Under the pieces are notes generated by a model, which ran no database searches, was not told where the DNA came from, and worked only from the letters and a program-made list of their open reading frames with translations. This document shows positions 26,653 to 40,100 of a stretch of DNA of 64,000 nt, piece after piece (within the stretch, counting starts at the first letter, position 1; the number at the start of each line of letters is the position of its first letter). This DNA comes from Bugula neritina (taxonomy: Eukaryota; Animalia; Bryozoa): contig OZ037772.1 in NCBI GenBank assembly GCA_964035545.1, positions 9,169,150-9,233,149 of the forward strand, in the 5' to 3' direction. A program made the position numbers and the translations under genes.

Positions 26653-29362
26653 CACACATACACACACAAACGTATATTTATGTTATAAAATATATTAGAG
26701 CAGAAGCTGATATCAACGTCCTTGAAGTGCCAAATGGAGAAATTTGGGGAATTGGGTTTATCCAAGCACTGCATTACGACTATTCCAGTCATCATTATGG
26801 CCGATATGGGAAAATGAAATGGGAAATACCTCAACTTTGTAAAGGTTAGACTGGCTTTATTCATTCAACAACTCACACTTAAAAAATTAAGGCCAACAAT
26901 CAAAATTAACAGTTTAACAAAATCGATAAGTAAAGTTAGAGTTTTAACAGTGCGACCAAATTATTAGCCGTGTACTTTTTCATTGCATGACTTTGTGCAA
27001 ACTGGAACTGCATGGGCGCATGTAGCAAGCACATGTCAATATTTAAAATTTTCACCAGTGCATCTGGCAACTGCTATAATGGGCTCACTTTATATATGTA
27101 CATTAAAACTTCAACACCTATGAATTATGAATTTTAGCTTCTGGTAGTCATTATTATATATTGAGAAGAACATTACAACGGATATCAGTGATGATTTATG
27201 TTTCTAAAGTTTAAGTCTCTTATAATCTGCTACAGGTAAAAATAGGATGATTTCCGACTCAACAAAAGAGTTTTTTCCTTGGGCCCAGCATGATGTGAGT
27301 AATATTTTGTTTACTTCTCTGCCAGTTATTGTTCCTCAAACTAAAAGTTGCGTTTATACCTTCACGATTTTCGGTCAAAAATTCAATTTGGCCGGGTTGA
27401 AATTTCTCCGAGTTGCATTGCATTGTAAAAGCCACTTGTTGAAATTTTTGTACTGTGATAAATAAATCGGCCAATTTTAGAATAGGAGTAATAACTCCTT
27501 GTAAACATTGTTATTTAGTTATTACTTTGGCGATTAGACAACGTACTTATAAGGTTATAATTATATAGCCTACGCCTTCTCAATTATCGCTTTTATGTTT
27601 TCCGCTTCACTAATTCACGACGTTTACAAAGGGCAAGCTATTATGCGAGTCAAATTTCAATTTCAGAAAGTGAGCAACCGCATCAATATGATTTCAACGA
27701 GTTTCAGTTTGACTATAAAGGGGTACCCGGACAAGCATTATTAACTTAAACTCGGTACTTTTTCAGCAGAGGTATAAATGCAACTTAACAATGCAATGCT
27801 TTTTACTTCTACCCCTATCACACCTACTATAACTGCTGCTGCTACTGCTACTGCTACTGCTATACTGCTACTGCTACTGCTATACTGCTATACTGCTATA
27901 CTGCTACTGCTACTGCTACTGCTACTGCTACCGCTACCGCTACCGCTACCGCTACTGCTACTGCTACTGCTACTGCTACTGCTATTACTACCATCGTTGC
28001 TGCCACAGTAGTAGTAACAATTATTGAAGTAGAAAAATAACTTATTTTTCCATGTGATATTATATTCCTAATGCTACCGTTGCTTTTCCTGCAGTCTGCC
28101 GTGGTGGTTGCTGGGCCATTGTTCTCTCATGATGCATCATTTGAGACAACTGATGCCCCAGTCTCACAGATTTTGTTAAAGTTACCCTTTGAAACCGGCG
28201 ATGCTCCTCCTACAAAGTTCCAAAGGTTTTGCAAATTTACCAACCTGTACACCGTGTTCAATGGGGCACTCTGGCCATACCTTCCGAAAATTAATTATTT
28301 TGATGCAAAACTGACGAAAGTGATAAGAAATCAAGGATTTTACACGTGGCTGGCTGTTAGATGCATACTCTCTGGTGAGAAATATTTAAAGTCCAAAAAA
28401 TTGTAATGAGCTTTTTAATCCAATTGACTGACCTAAAAGAATTAAGCATAAGTTTTACACTCTACTTTTTTATACCTTTTGTACAAATTTGCCATTTCAT
28501 CTAAAAGTCTACTATTAATTTTAAAAATGCTAAATGATGCATAGCTCTTTTTGCATTTTACATCATAGAATTATCTTTCCTCTGGCTGACATGTTACATT
28601 GTTCAGAGGTAAGATAACTCTTTATGTAGTCTTGTAAATTACAATCTTATACTTTTATAGGAGAAATAAAAGTGTTAAAGACCTTAAAGTGGGAGATTCA
28701 CAGTGGTGTTGACATTGATTACACGCAAAAACCAGGAAAACAAACTATAACTCGCCATTGGGGTATAATTTATGCATTTCATTTTAAATAATAATTTTTA
28801 ATACTAAATATTGCTAAAATAAGACTCTATTTTCACTATAATAGCTTAAATTTAATTAGATATGTAATATAACTGTTTCATTTAGACCAGTTTTTCTGGG
28901 TTGCCTAAATAATATAGTTTATATATTTAGAAATCATGATTTTGTCAGAAGATAGCATATTCACAATGAATTTTTGATGCGTTTATCAGACACACGCTAA
29001 TTCGTATCAAGGAGTTATCATCTTTTATATAGTACTATATTAGTATAACGTTTCAACTTATATCAAATTTATAGATTAAAATCAATAAATGAGAGGTATT
29101 TTAATGTATAACTTTGAAACAATATAGGCATGTGTTTATTTCAGAAAACAAATGTAAAATAGACATGTTGAGGGAAAACAATGTGTTAATTCCTAATGAG
29201 GTGTTGTCTTCTCCTACAGCCAATACAGCACAGCAGTACATTTGGTACCCAGCAATAGGGGACACAACTCCTAAAGTACGTATGAAAATCTGCTTACAGC
29301 GTTTAGAATATTGATTTTTATAATGCAGCATATATTGTATATCACTTAGATAGCTAGTAAAA

Positions 29363-29427
<65 letters not shown>

Positions 29428-29642
29428 CTCGTAATTGCTCTTTTGTCACAATATAGAAAGCAAATTCTCAGCCTACCTGAAAACGTTCACCATCATAGCT
29501 TCTCACATGGGTGGAGATTTTAAAAATATTTGTGAGTCATTTTAATCTAGTCTAATTAAGTGTTGCATGATTATTTCTTTTAAAATTTCAGATCATCATA
29601 GACGCTGAAGGTAGCTCAGAATCTTTGAACAGACTGGTTTGA
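25590..29642 (+). CDS. FAM78: FAM78-like protein, diverged paralog 4 (~335 aa)
   Basis: Exons 25590-25663, 26089-26253, 26699-26844 (146 nt), 27236-27294, 28095-28374, 28661-28762, 29145-29275, 29592-29642. Translation: MIKFHLNLLFTNRY...VRCTISTS...EIWGIGFIQAL...MISDSTKEFFPW...RNQGFYTWLAV...VLKTLKW...PTANTAQQYIWYP...IIIDAE...V*. Confidence 0.87.
26573..26667. repeat. (CACG)n/(CA)n microsatellite
   Basis: Seen directly in the sequence. Confidence 0.9.
27832..27990. repeat. (GCTACT/GCTACC)n microsatellite
   Basis: Degenerate hexamer array in intron 4 of paralog 4. Confidence 0.9.
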
Positions 29643-30850
29643 TTTTTCAACATGAAGACAGCAGCTAAATTTAGATCTCTTTATAACTTCTAGCATTGCA
29701 CTATAATGTCAGATTTGATTAGACATAGAATTGCTGCAAGTTGAATAAAATTTAACTGCTAAAATGTTTTGATATTTTTCCAGCTATATAAGAACACAAG
29801 GATATGATAAACAAACTAACAAAGAAAAGCTTTGATTTGGTTAAATTATTATTTAAATCCTATTTACTCAAAGCAAAAGTAGAGAAATGAAAAGAAAATA
29901 TATTATATATATACATAAATTAAATGTTGGATTGGCGTATTTGTAAGTGTGCATCTTGCGACAAAACAGTTTAAGTTCTTATTTAGCTTCTTTGCTCAGA
30001 GCTTTAACTTAGCATAAAACAAAAATTATACATATAATATTTTGAGGGAAATTAATTTATCAAATAAAATAATGGTGAGTAAATTAATTGTCATCAAAAA
30101 TCAATAGATGAGTTTTGTCCTCAAATTAAAAAACCAACAATGTAGGAATAATGTTGAATTACCTAAAAATAGTGCGCTATTAAAACCATGTATAATAATC
30201 CTTTTTAAATGTTCTAGAAATTTTGTCAGTTGCTTGTGAAAGTATTTCATATTTATTTAAACTATAAACTACTAGAAACAAGTACAACAATTATATGTTT
30301 TAACTAATTTCCAATTGGTTTGCATTGGTAGTTTTAGCATCTTAGAATAAAATATGTTTATTTATTTAACACATTTTACTTGAAACAATCCAATGTATAA
30401 TACTTGAAGAATATTGATAGAGCAATGTACAGTCAACGATGTACTCTGATGCATTACTCCATTGGTGTTGCATTTGTCTGTTTATCTATCTATATGTGCT
30501 CCATGTTGTACGTGGTGTCAAATTAATTTATAAAACGATATCAATAACCTACAACTTTAAGAGAGAATATTAGTATCATGTTTTCAAGTTATAATAATGT
30601 TGTTAGCATAAACTTATAAGTATAGAAAATCAATTTTTAATTTGTATCACCAAACCACTCAAGAATAACACTATATATATAATGTCCAAGTTTAATAATT
30701 GGTTATTACAATTTTAATATTGTTTTGCTCAAAATTCTATAGCGATAAAATTATATATTATTTTATTTTTCATTTCAAATTGTGTCAGTGGTTTGAGACG
30801 CTGCAAAACTGGTTAGAGCTGCGCTTAGACAAAAAAAGTTTAAAGAAGGC

Positions 30851-31811
30851 ATGGGTAACCACAGCGGTCACAATTATGCTATTCAATTTTGCAAAGGAGA
30901 CGTCGAGGACTGTTTTCAGCCATTTAATCACCTCATTGATGTGGCAAGTTATTTTTTTATTCTTATAAACATTCTACATATAATTGTGTTGAGTCGAATG
31001 CAGGAGTTCAAATCTACAAAGTTTTTCTTAGTTCCGATACATTTGAGCATCAACGACATCTTATCAAGCTTGTCGTTGTTGCTATATATATTTTGGATGT
31101 GAGATAAAATTGGCAATCCTCAACCTACCATCTGTGACTTCATACTGGATGTTTGTCGGGATTAGAAGTTTTGCTGGATATGTAGTCCTTTGTCGATACA
31201 TGATTATGTTTTTCTCCAGCCTTGAGAGGTATATAGCTGTCCATCACCCACACGACTATAAAACAAACACCTTTGTTAAAAACATTAACGTTATTATATG
31301 CGGCTCAATGATACCATTATTATTAATACCCGTACTTGTGGACAGAGCTACCTTTTTTCCATTTTGTAAATCCCCGTTGACTGTTGACTATGAATCAGAT
31401 AAAGCGCTTTTGCCAAAGATCTTTTACTTTATATGTGTAGCATTATTTACTGCTGCTATATCTACACTGCAAGTAAAACTTTGGAAAAAACTAAAATCAT
31501 TAACCGAACTTCAAGTCCATAGAGAGAGAAATCGCAAGCTCAGAACCGCTAGTAAATATGTGATATGGACTTACATAACACACCAACTGATGAGTCTCCC
31601 CATCATCTTGTTTCTCGTGTTTAAGCTATCCAACTTCTCACCCTATGTTGTGCACACAACTCAAGTTATTACAGTTCTTATCGGCTCCTGCTATAGATTT
31701 TCAAATATACTTGTTTTTGCTTACTTCAACTCAGAGTACCGAAAAGTGGTCAAGAAGATTTTAAACTGCAGATCTGCCGTTAACCGAGTTGAGCCTGCAA
31801 ACAACATGTAA
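30851..31811 (+). pseudogene. Intronless class-A (rhodopsin-like) GPCR with a frameshift at ~31083-31091
   Basis: ORF 30851-31102 (TM1-2, INILHIIVL) and ORF 31110-31811 (SLERYIAVHHP, TM7 SNILVFAYFNSEYRK) together align end to end with the GPCR at 35205-36149. The frame changes within the run CTATATATATTTT. Confidence 0.8.
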
Positions 31812-32984
31812 TACATGTTTGCTTCTCTAAACTTCTAACTATATTCAATATTTATCTCATTTAATGTGTTGTCACAAATAATAAAACTTACATATTATCG
31901 TGTATGTTATAATTGTTGAATTAGTAAAGTTCTATTAATCTAAAACATATTAAAATCTCTGCCAATGTCAAGATATTTTTGATTAATTTGTGTTTGTTTT
32001 GGCGTATAGCCAAAAATAAATATACTAAGATATGCTATGCTCTGCTTTACTATATGTAATAAGATTTTTAATTTATAGCTGCATGTAGTTATAACATTTT
32101 TTATTTCAAGGAATAGCTTTGTTTGAAATGAATATACTATTTGGTTTCTGGTGTATAAATTTTATTGTAAACTTGTTAGTGGGACATGTTTTAAAACACT
32201 TCCTTTGTTGAATGATTTCTCACAGTTGTGTAAAAAAACATTTTAATAATAATTTTAAATATAATTATTTGTTGTTGCAGAAAATTCATTTATTTTTCAT
32301 ACACAAAAAATTATTGGTAACTATCATAACTTAGAGTCATTAAGCTTGATTTTTATGTCACATGATAAATAACAAGCTCGTAAATTACTATACATTGTAT
32401 ATTATAAAATGCAAAATCAATATTTAATTTTTGACTTAGTTTACAATAACTGCAAGTTTAATTTATTCATTTATGCAAATGGTATTCTTTTAAACTTTCA
32501 AGGAATATCGTCAAATGCCCAATTAGCAATATATATACATACAAACATGTATGTGCATGTAAATTATATAATGTGAAACAATATAATATAATACAATATA
32601 ATATATAAAATATAAAATTTATAGAATATAAAATTAAGAATACAGGTTTTAAATGTTTAGTATCAAATAAGAATATGTTTATATTTATATTATAATAACC
32701 AGTTTCCTCTCACCTTGTGTTCATTTAATGGTGCTTTTTGAAAATTTATTTTCTTCTTGTAGATTATTACTGCTACACACAAAATTTCGAGTAAATCTAG
32801 ATTGCCTTCTTCAAAATAATTTTTTTTTAAGTCTGGCTCAAGTAAAGTTTCTGCTTGCAATTAAAACTTTCAAATCATGCAAATTCATTCAAAAATGATA
32901 CAGAGGTCTTGATTTTCATGAAACTGCCTAATTAGCAATAGCTCCATCAATATATATCCAACCTCTACAACATTTCTAAACATA

Positions 32985-33095
32985 CTTTAGGAGTTTTCTC
33001 CCCTATAATTGCTGTATTGGCTGTAGAAGACAAGTCTTTATTAAGAATTGACACGCTGTTTTCCCTCAGCATGATGATCTTGCACATGCTTACAC
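32985..33095 (-). pseudogene. Relic FAM78 exon (degenerate copy of paralog-4 exon 29145-29275)
   Basis: Minus strand reads MCKIIMLRENSVSILNKDLSSTANTA--IIGEKTPK|gtatgt versus paralog 4 KCKIDMLRENNVLIPNEVLSSPTANTAQQYIWYPAIGDTTPK|gtacgt. Donor position is the same; an internal deletion removes the conserved IWYP. Confidence 0.75.
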
Positions 33096-33213
33096 CTCAA
33101 ATTTTTTATATAACATTTCTTCTCATTTATTGATTTTAGTCTAGAAACTTTATTTATGTAAATAAATCTATGAGCATTAAATAAATATTAAGAATATTAT
33201 TTCAATCTAGCCT

Positions 33214-33410
33214 TAGAGCAGCGTGGTCAGTTGCTTAGAGCTTTGGTTTTAAGCAATCAGAAGGTCAGTAGGTTAATTCTTAGTAAGGATTATATAAATT
33301 ATTTAAAGTGATGTCAGAATGCCCTTCTTGCCACAATGAAAAGCAAGCCCTTAGTTTAATTGAAAATATTGGGCCATCATCAGGGGTTCTCATAGGGTTG
33401 GTGATTCAAA
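33214..33410 (+). mobile_element. Highly degenerate SINE copy
   Basis: AGAGCAGCGTGGTC..TTAGAGC head and CAGGGGTTCTCATAGGG tail resemble the family. Confidence 0.5.
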
Positions 33411-33591
33411 GATTATTTTTAAACGGTGTTAATCTAATTTCATCAAGAATGGTAGCTTCCTTTGAAATTTCAAATTATTATATAGAGTCCGAAAGCATGT
33501 CAGAATTTTCAGAAAGACTGAATTGATTCGTTGACATGAAGGCATAGCAGCTGAATGAGCATCAGTTAAAGATTCCTAACATAGTATATAT

Positions 33592-33690
33592 ATACCTACA
33601 GCATACTCTCTCTATAATATACCTACAGCATACTCTATCTACCTACAGCATACTCTATCTACCTACAGCATACTCTATCTACCTGCAGCA
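33592..33690. repeat. 20-bp tandem repeat ACCTACAGCATACTCTATCT
   Basis: About 4 copies. Confidence 0.85.
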
Positions 33691-35204
33691 GCGTATATTA
33701 ACCTACACTATAGAATTTTTAGCTATGGCATAGTTACATATATACTGTACTTACATCACAGTGTATATGAAACAAACTATATGTCTCATTAAAACAGTAA
33801 TATAGCAATACAAATTGATAAAATTCATGAAACTTATATGAAACTATGCCGCATTATTATAGACACATAATATTTATAGGCTCTTTAGATATTACGTTAA
33901 ACCAACATTCATAATGTATCGTCCAATATGCATTTAATTGCTAAAAATTCAATGTTCCTAACCATCACAAATATACAACTTTAAGCATCAAATTTATTTA
34001 GTATTTCAAAATATCGTTTTGTGTTTATTTGTTGTAGATTTAATTGTGTAAATTGCAAGAAAAGTCTATGCTCTAGCATTTGTTTAAAAAGTTTTTAATC
34101 AAGCTATAGACCACGCCACAATAAGACATGAGCAATTGTAAATCTTTAAATAACTACTGACTCTAGCTGCCAAGGTTCAAAACTTATAGCCTATATATAC
34201 AGTGCTTCCTTCACTGCACAATGTCTTCTTCGTTGATATAATTGCAGCTTGACAACTTTTATCAAATTAAGAATGTCTTATTTATTGAAAATTCATATTA
34301 TTCACAGAAATATAATCATTGCATCGGAAATTCAATCCTAAAATGCAATGGCTCGACAAGCTATAACATACTATAATGGCACAAACTCAACATTTTGGTA
34401 AAATTAATTTCAGCTTCCACAATTATTTTACAATATGTATAGTGCTAATAATGGTAATGGAACCATTACTGATTTTTTGTCAATTATTTTAATGCGTTTA
34501 GCGACATATTTTGACAGCAATAATTATGCAGCAAATATTTTATAATTGCTGTCAGTTTATTGTTGCAAAAGTGTCATCTTATCTTTTCATAAAATATGCA
34601 AGAGAAATCTTTCAGTATCAACATGCTGATTACACTGTACAGGTTGAAGAATATTTTAAACTAATTAAATAAGATTTATTACAATGAGTATTTGTAAATG
34701 TGGACAGAATCTTGCTTTGCAAAGTTTAGTAAAATGTTCGAATACAATTAATATTAGTACAACCAGTATAGAATTACAAAATGATAGCTAAAACAAGCAA
34801 AATATGCATAATTAGCTTAAAAGATGTTTGAAAAACAAAAATATAATTACCAACAATGTTTTTCACAAAAATATTTGGTTAATATATTTGTTTAAAGTTG
34901 CAGCAGTGAATTGCAGGCACAAAAATTACAAATTAATGATTTTTACAAATATTGTTGCGTAATTCACAAAAAATCAAAAGATGATAACTATTCCTAAAAC
35001 TTATAACAGCTTATAATGATTTGTAGAGATACTTAAAAAATTTATATTATTTTGTAATAATTAGTAGAATGTTGAATTAAACGAGTTGAATACAATTTAA
35101 AGCGGTTGCTTTTATAACACAGGTTTTACCAATGCTGGATGAACATCTTTCTTCAAACTTGTTAAGTCCCATGTTCGGTTTTAGCGAGGAGCTTCTATTT
35201 TAAA

Positions 35205-36149
35205 TTAAATTGGCATAGGAGGAGGTACGGCTTTCTCTTTCTCCCTGGAGCAGCATTTAACTGCTCCTACAATATGTCGAACTTCTTCCATGTATTCGGA
35301 ATGAAAACAGGCGTAAAGTATAACATTAGCAATGCCGTAGAGAGAAAACACTATTGCTGAAATAGCTTCCAACGATTCTAGAGAAATGTTAGTCGCTTCA
35401 ATAAACACGGAGACTATCGTTGGCAAGCTGGTTAGCTGGTAGGTGATGCCGGTCCAAATAATGTACGTACTTGCAGTCTTGATCTTCTTTTTGGAGCCAA
35501 CGACATTTAGATTTCTCAATCTCTTCCATGATCTTAAAAGTAGACTTGCAGTGGTTAGCGTGAGTAAAGAGAACACAACTCCTACTATGCTGAGAAACAC
35601 CGTAGCCTTTGTGCTGTAAACGTATCGAATTTTTAAAGGGGACTGGCAGAATTCTGGAGCAAAGGCTATGTTTATCATCGGAATGATCAGGAGAGCAGAA
35701 ACGATTATCGTGAAATTCAGTTTTATTGCGTACTTTACGAAGAAATGTGTTTTGTATTTGTAAGGCATACAAATACCGATGTACCGCTCAATGCTTATGA
35801 TCAGGAGGACGATGTATCTCGAAAGGGGGGAAAATCCTGCCATTGCTTGGATAATGACAAATACCCAGTAGGGATCTTTTAGCCCGAGTACATAGTCAGT
35901 TATGTAGCAGTTGTAGTAGCAGATGGAAGTAATGCTGTTGAAAATTATTAGGATACTCATACTTGCCATGATCGATGACGAGTTGGACGGCTCAGCGTTC
36001 TTGACTTTCTTGAGTAGAAGCAAATGAAGTATGTTGATAAGGATAATAAATCCATTTAATATGTCATGAAATGTAGAGAATGTTTCGTTATATGTCACTA
36101 ACGAGTCTTTCAAACACGGTAAAATTTCAGATATGTTATGAGTAGCCAT
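35205..36149 (-). CDS. Intronless class-A GPCR, chemoreceptor-like orphan (314 aa)
   Basis: Single ORF from ATG 36149. It has about seven hydrophobic segments, N-terminal N-glycosylation sites (NIS, NET), ISIERYIGICMPYKY at the end of TM3, and ANVILYACFHSEY in TM7/helix 8. Confidence 0.88.
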   Translation of the reverse strand: MATHNISEILPCLKDSLVTYNETFSTFHDILNGFIILINILHLLLLKKVKNAEPSNSSSIMASMSILIIFNSITSICYYNCYITDYVLGLKDPYWVFVIIQAMAGFSPLSRYIVLLIISIERYIGICMPYKYKTHFFVKYAIKLNFTIIVSALLIIPMINIAFAPEFCQSPLKIRYVYSTKATVFLSIVGVVFSLLTLTTASLLLRSWKRLRNLNVVGSKKKIKTASTYIIWTGITYQLTSLPTIVSVFIEATNISLESLEAISAIVFSLYGIANVILYACFHSEYMEEVRHIVGAVKCCSREKEKAVPPPMPI

Positions 36150-37120
36150 ATTCAATGTAAGAATAACTAAAGTTTTACTGCCTTCTATTGCAGTGCTGTT
36201 TCAGTGAGCGACTGAGTGCAAATACCAGGTAAAGTTAGTTGAGGTTGTTTGCATAAGAAAATCATTAAAGTAATAATATACTCGTCACTATTATCATAGC
36301 AAATAACTAATTAATATTGTATAGTGCATTCATCTTCAATCATCTGATATATTATAGTACCATTATATAAAAGCATATTATATAATATTGTTTTCAATTT
36401 CAACAACAACCAAACCAAACTGATAGATACGGAAATTATTTTTCCTCATAATTTAGCACTCTCATTGTTTATTAGTAAATAAACTTTCAAGTTTGCATTC
36501 TATTTCCTAAAAAAGTTCATCTGTGGTTGATCTCTTAATAATTTTGAAGCACAGTTTTACTGGGCTAAATGTGAACTTGCTGAAGCTTTCATTTAACCTA
36601 TCAGCTAGAGCATTAGTTTGCTACAGAGCTTCATACTAATTGAAATATAAAAGATTTAAAATGAGACAATGTGCGCTTGTGCGTGCATGCGTGTACAGTC
36701 ATTAGTTTTAGATTATTATAAAACATGTTTAGATCTTTATTATTTTAAATAAAATCATGGCACTTGTATATTAAAATAAAATTTTTCAAACTATAAACTC
36801 AGCAAACATGACAGCTACTGCAGCACAAAAAGAAATACACATACAATATTAGTTAACTTTGTTTTAATTTGACAATACCTCTTTCAGGGTATAAATATTG
36901 CTACGAAACAATCAAAATAACAAAAAACTTATTTAATCACATCATTGACGAAAAATTAACACAGGAAACGGAACTAAACAGGCATACAATGCCGGATTCA
37001 ACTAATAATAAGAGTTCAAAATACTTTTAAACAGGTGTACATTTAACAGGTTAATTGAGTATATGGGTAGTTTTGAAAGAGACACGGAGTTTGTAACAGT
37101 TGAGATTTTCATCATATATA

Positions 37121-40100
37121 TTATAAACCATCCCTGGTTTCTTCTTTCTTTTCATCAGGATTCCATTTAGCAGGAACTATAATCTACAGACATAAAAAAC
37201 AGACTTTAAAATTTGTGGCATTGTCACTCTCAACTTCATTCTATAATGTTTAGCAATTTAGTTTACAAGTTGGAAATCTTCGGCATATTCAGTTTTACAT
37301 CGTAGTAGTAGTTTCTTTTTACAAAATGCTCTATATATACAATGTTAAACTAATTTTAAGTTTATTGATTCCCAAACATGCTAAATTATAATGTTGAATC
37401 AGTTTTAATTCTCACAAGTATAATTATCCTTTGATAACTATATAACATAGTATAGATGCTAAGAAGGTCATAAGTTATCAAATAATTATTATGCAATTAT
37501 AAAAGTTTGATGAACTGGTTACCCAACTGGTAGGTTTAGGAAGAATAGTGCCTTAGACAAGCAATGATAATTGCAAATATTGATTTAGTTTAGCAAAACT
37601 GTTCATTAATATATTTATTATATTATATAATATTTTAGCTTATGAGATTATTATAAATATATAACACTTGAAAAAGTGAGTCAAAACTGTAATGGTAGGG
37701 CCTAAAATGCTCTAACAAGTGAAATATCCAGTCACTCAACCCTTATAATTTAGAGTTACATTGTCTTAGAGGAGAAATAATAATTAAATATATTGATCCC
37801 GTTGATTGGAGTTGTTTGTTAGGATTTCTATTTTATTATATAATTCTTTTGCCTTACATTCTGATAAATCAGCAATCAGATAGGTAGATCAAAAAACCAT
37901 ATTGGTCATACAATAAACTTTGCACGAAAGTAAACCATCTCCATCGTATAATCAGTACTGAAGCTAAACTTTTAGCTTGTGAATTAATACAGTAGCCAAA
38001 AGCACTAATGTATGTCCTCGATTTTGAAACCAAGCAATTTTATAAATTCAAATGAAGTTTGCTGATTTGTCAGTTGATGATAAAGGCTATAACTATAATT
38101 TTATAACTCTATTGCTAAAGTATCACGAGTAACTGCAACTGATCGGAAGTTTTACCCCTAGATACACTTTGCCATACCGCAGGCCTTAACATAAAATATC
38201 AGCTATTTTCACAAACATCTGAGCTTACTGCATGTACGACGTTGCAGTTTGTTAGGATCAAGCACTGCTTGATTTAAAAAAGTTGCATAGATATAAATAT
38301 CTACTATCTTATGTTAAATGTATGATCATACTCAATAGCGCATTTTAAAAACTTCAACTTGGACACATTTTTAAGATTGCTGACATTTTACATTAAGGCC
38401 TGTGGTGCAGCAAAGTGTTTCTATAAAGGGCTTGTCACTGCTGTTTAGAAAATATATTATAGTTTAGATTTCCTATTTTCTTCTCACCAAAGTATCATAT
38501 TGATTTTCTCATTACTAGTTATCTCATAAGCTCTCTACTTTAATTCAGCAATCAATCAACTTTAAAGTGCAATGAACTAATAGAATATTTAACCAATTCT
38601 ACAAGCTGCTTCACAAAGCTATATAAGATTGACCTTTGACTCTTTCGAGTGAATTGTTTATAGATGAAGCACAGAGTTATATTAGTTTTTCTCACATTTG
38701 CTATTGAAATGCCTATATTTGCACGCTTGACATAAAAAATTTTTTAATAAATTCCTAATAATCTAAATAAAGATTTTAGATTAACATTAAAACTTTGAGT
38801 TACAGTTACAGCTTAAAATATTGTTATAGCTATTATTATATCTACAATTAAAGCAATAGGTATAATTATTTACTTTAGCAAATAGAAGTGCAATAGAAGT
38901 ATATATTCAATAGTATGTATATTATATTTATAATTATAGTAATGGGTATAGTTATAATTATAGTTATAGCTATGATTAAAGCTATAGAGATATGGCTATT
39001 TTAGTCGATGGTATAAATGAGTTTAAGTACAAAGACAGATATATTTAAAAGTATGTGTATAGGTAAAAGTATACAAGTACAGGTATAGGTGTAGGTACTG
39101 CATATGTGTATAAGTATAGGTATAGGAGTAGGTATAAGTATAAATATATATATAGGGTCAGGGGGAGCTGCCGTGGTCTAGGGGTTAGAGCGTTTGCCTA
39201 GTAAACACGAAGGTCATGGGTTCGAGCCCAGACAAAGGCCATTGATGATGTTAGGAAGAGCATCCAGCCATAATTGCTTCTGTGCCTCATTTAAACAAGT
39301 CCTTAGCCCGATTTAACAAAAACCCTTTCTATCAAGGGTTTCTCACAGGGATAGCGACTATAAACTTGCGTGAGTTTTATATATATAGGGTCAGGTATAA
39401 GTACAATCATAGGTATGGGTGCAATAGGGTATAGGTGTAGTATAGGTATATATGTACAGATATAGGCTCAAGTAAAGGTATAAGTATTATAGGTAAAGAT
39501 GCAATATGATGTTATGTATTTCTCACCTCTGGTGGCATATTTCCGGTGGCCGGATACCAAATCAGGTTTTGTGCTGAGTTGGCATTAGGAGGGTGCAGAG
39601 CACACCTGGCAATCTCTACGTTGTAATTCAGGGCTGTAGGCTGGTTCTGTATCCCTATACAAGTTATGTAATACTATTTCATTAGCAAACACAAATAACT
39701 TGCTATTCAACAAATTGCGTATCCTAAACAACTCTACTTTTTATAATTTTTAAAACTAAAATTTTCAAATCTATTTTCCAATTTTTATGTAGCTATAGAT
39801 AGTGTATTTTTACTTTTAAATTAATTTTTGTTTTGTATACCTAAATTATACCTATTCAATTGTAGTTCTATCGAGATATTTAAAGTGAAATGTGATGCAA
39901 GGTTAAAGAAATCTTTAAATAAGATTATGAAAGTGGTTATGAAAACCAAATGGGTTGAAGCTTCTTAAGTCGGTACTTTACAGGAATTGACTGCTAAACA
40001 AGCAGATTTACTCTATATTCCAACAGATGTTGTAAGCAAAATATCAATAAATTCAGAGTTATCTTCAAAATTTGCTATTCGCAAATAAAACGAAAGAAAA

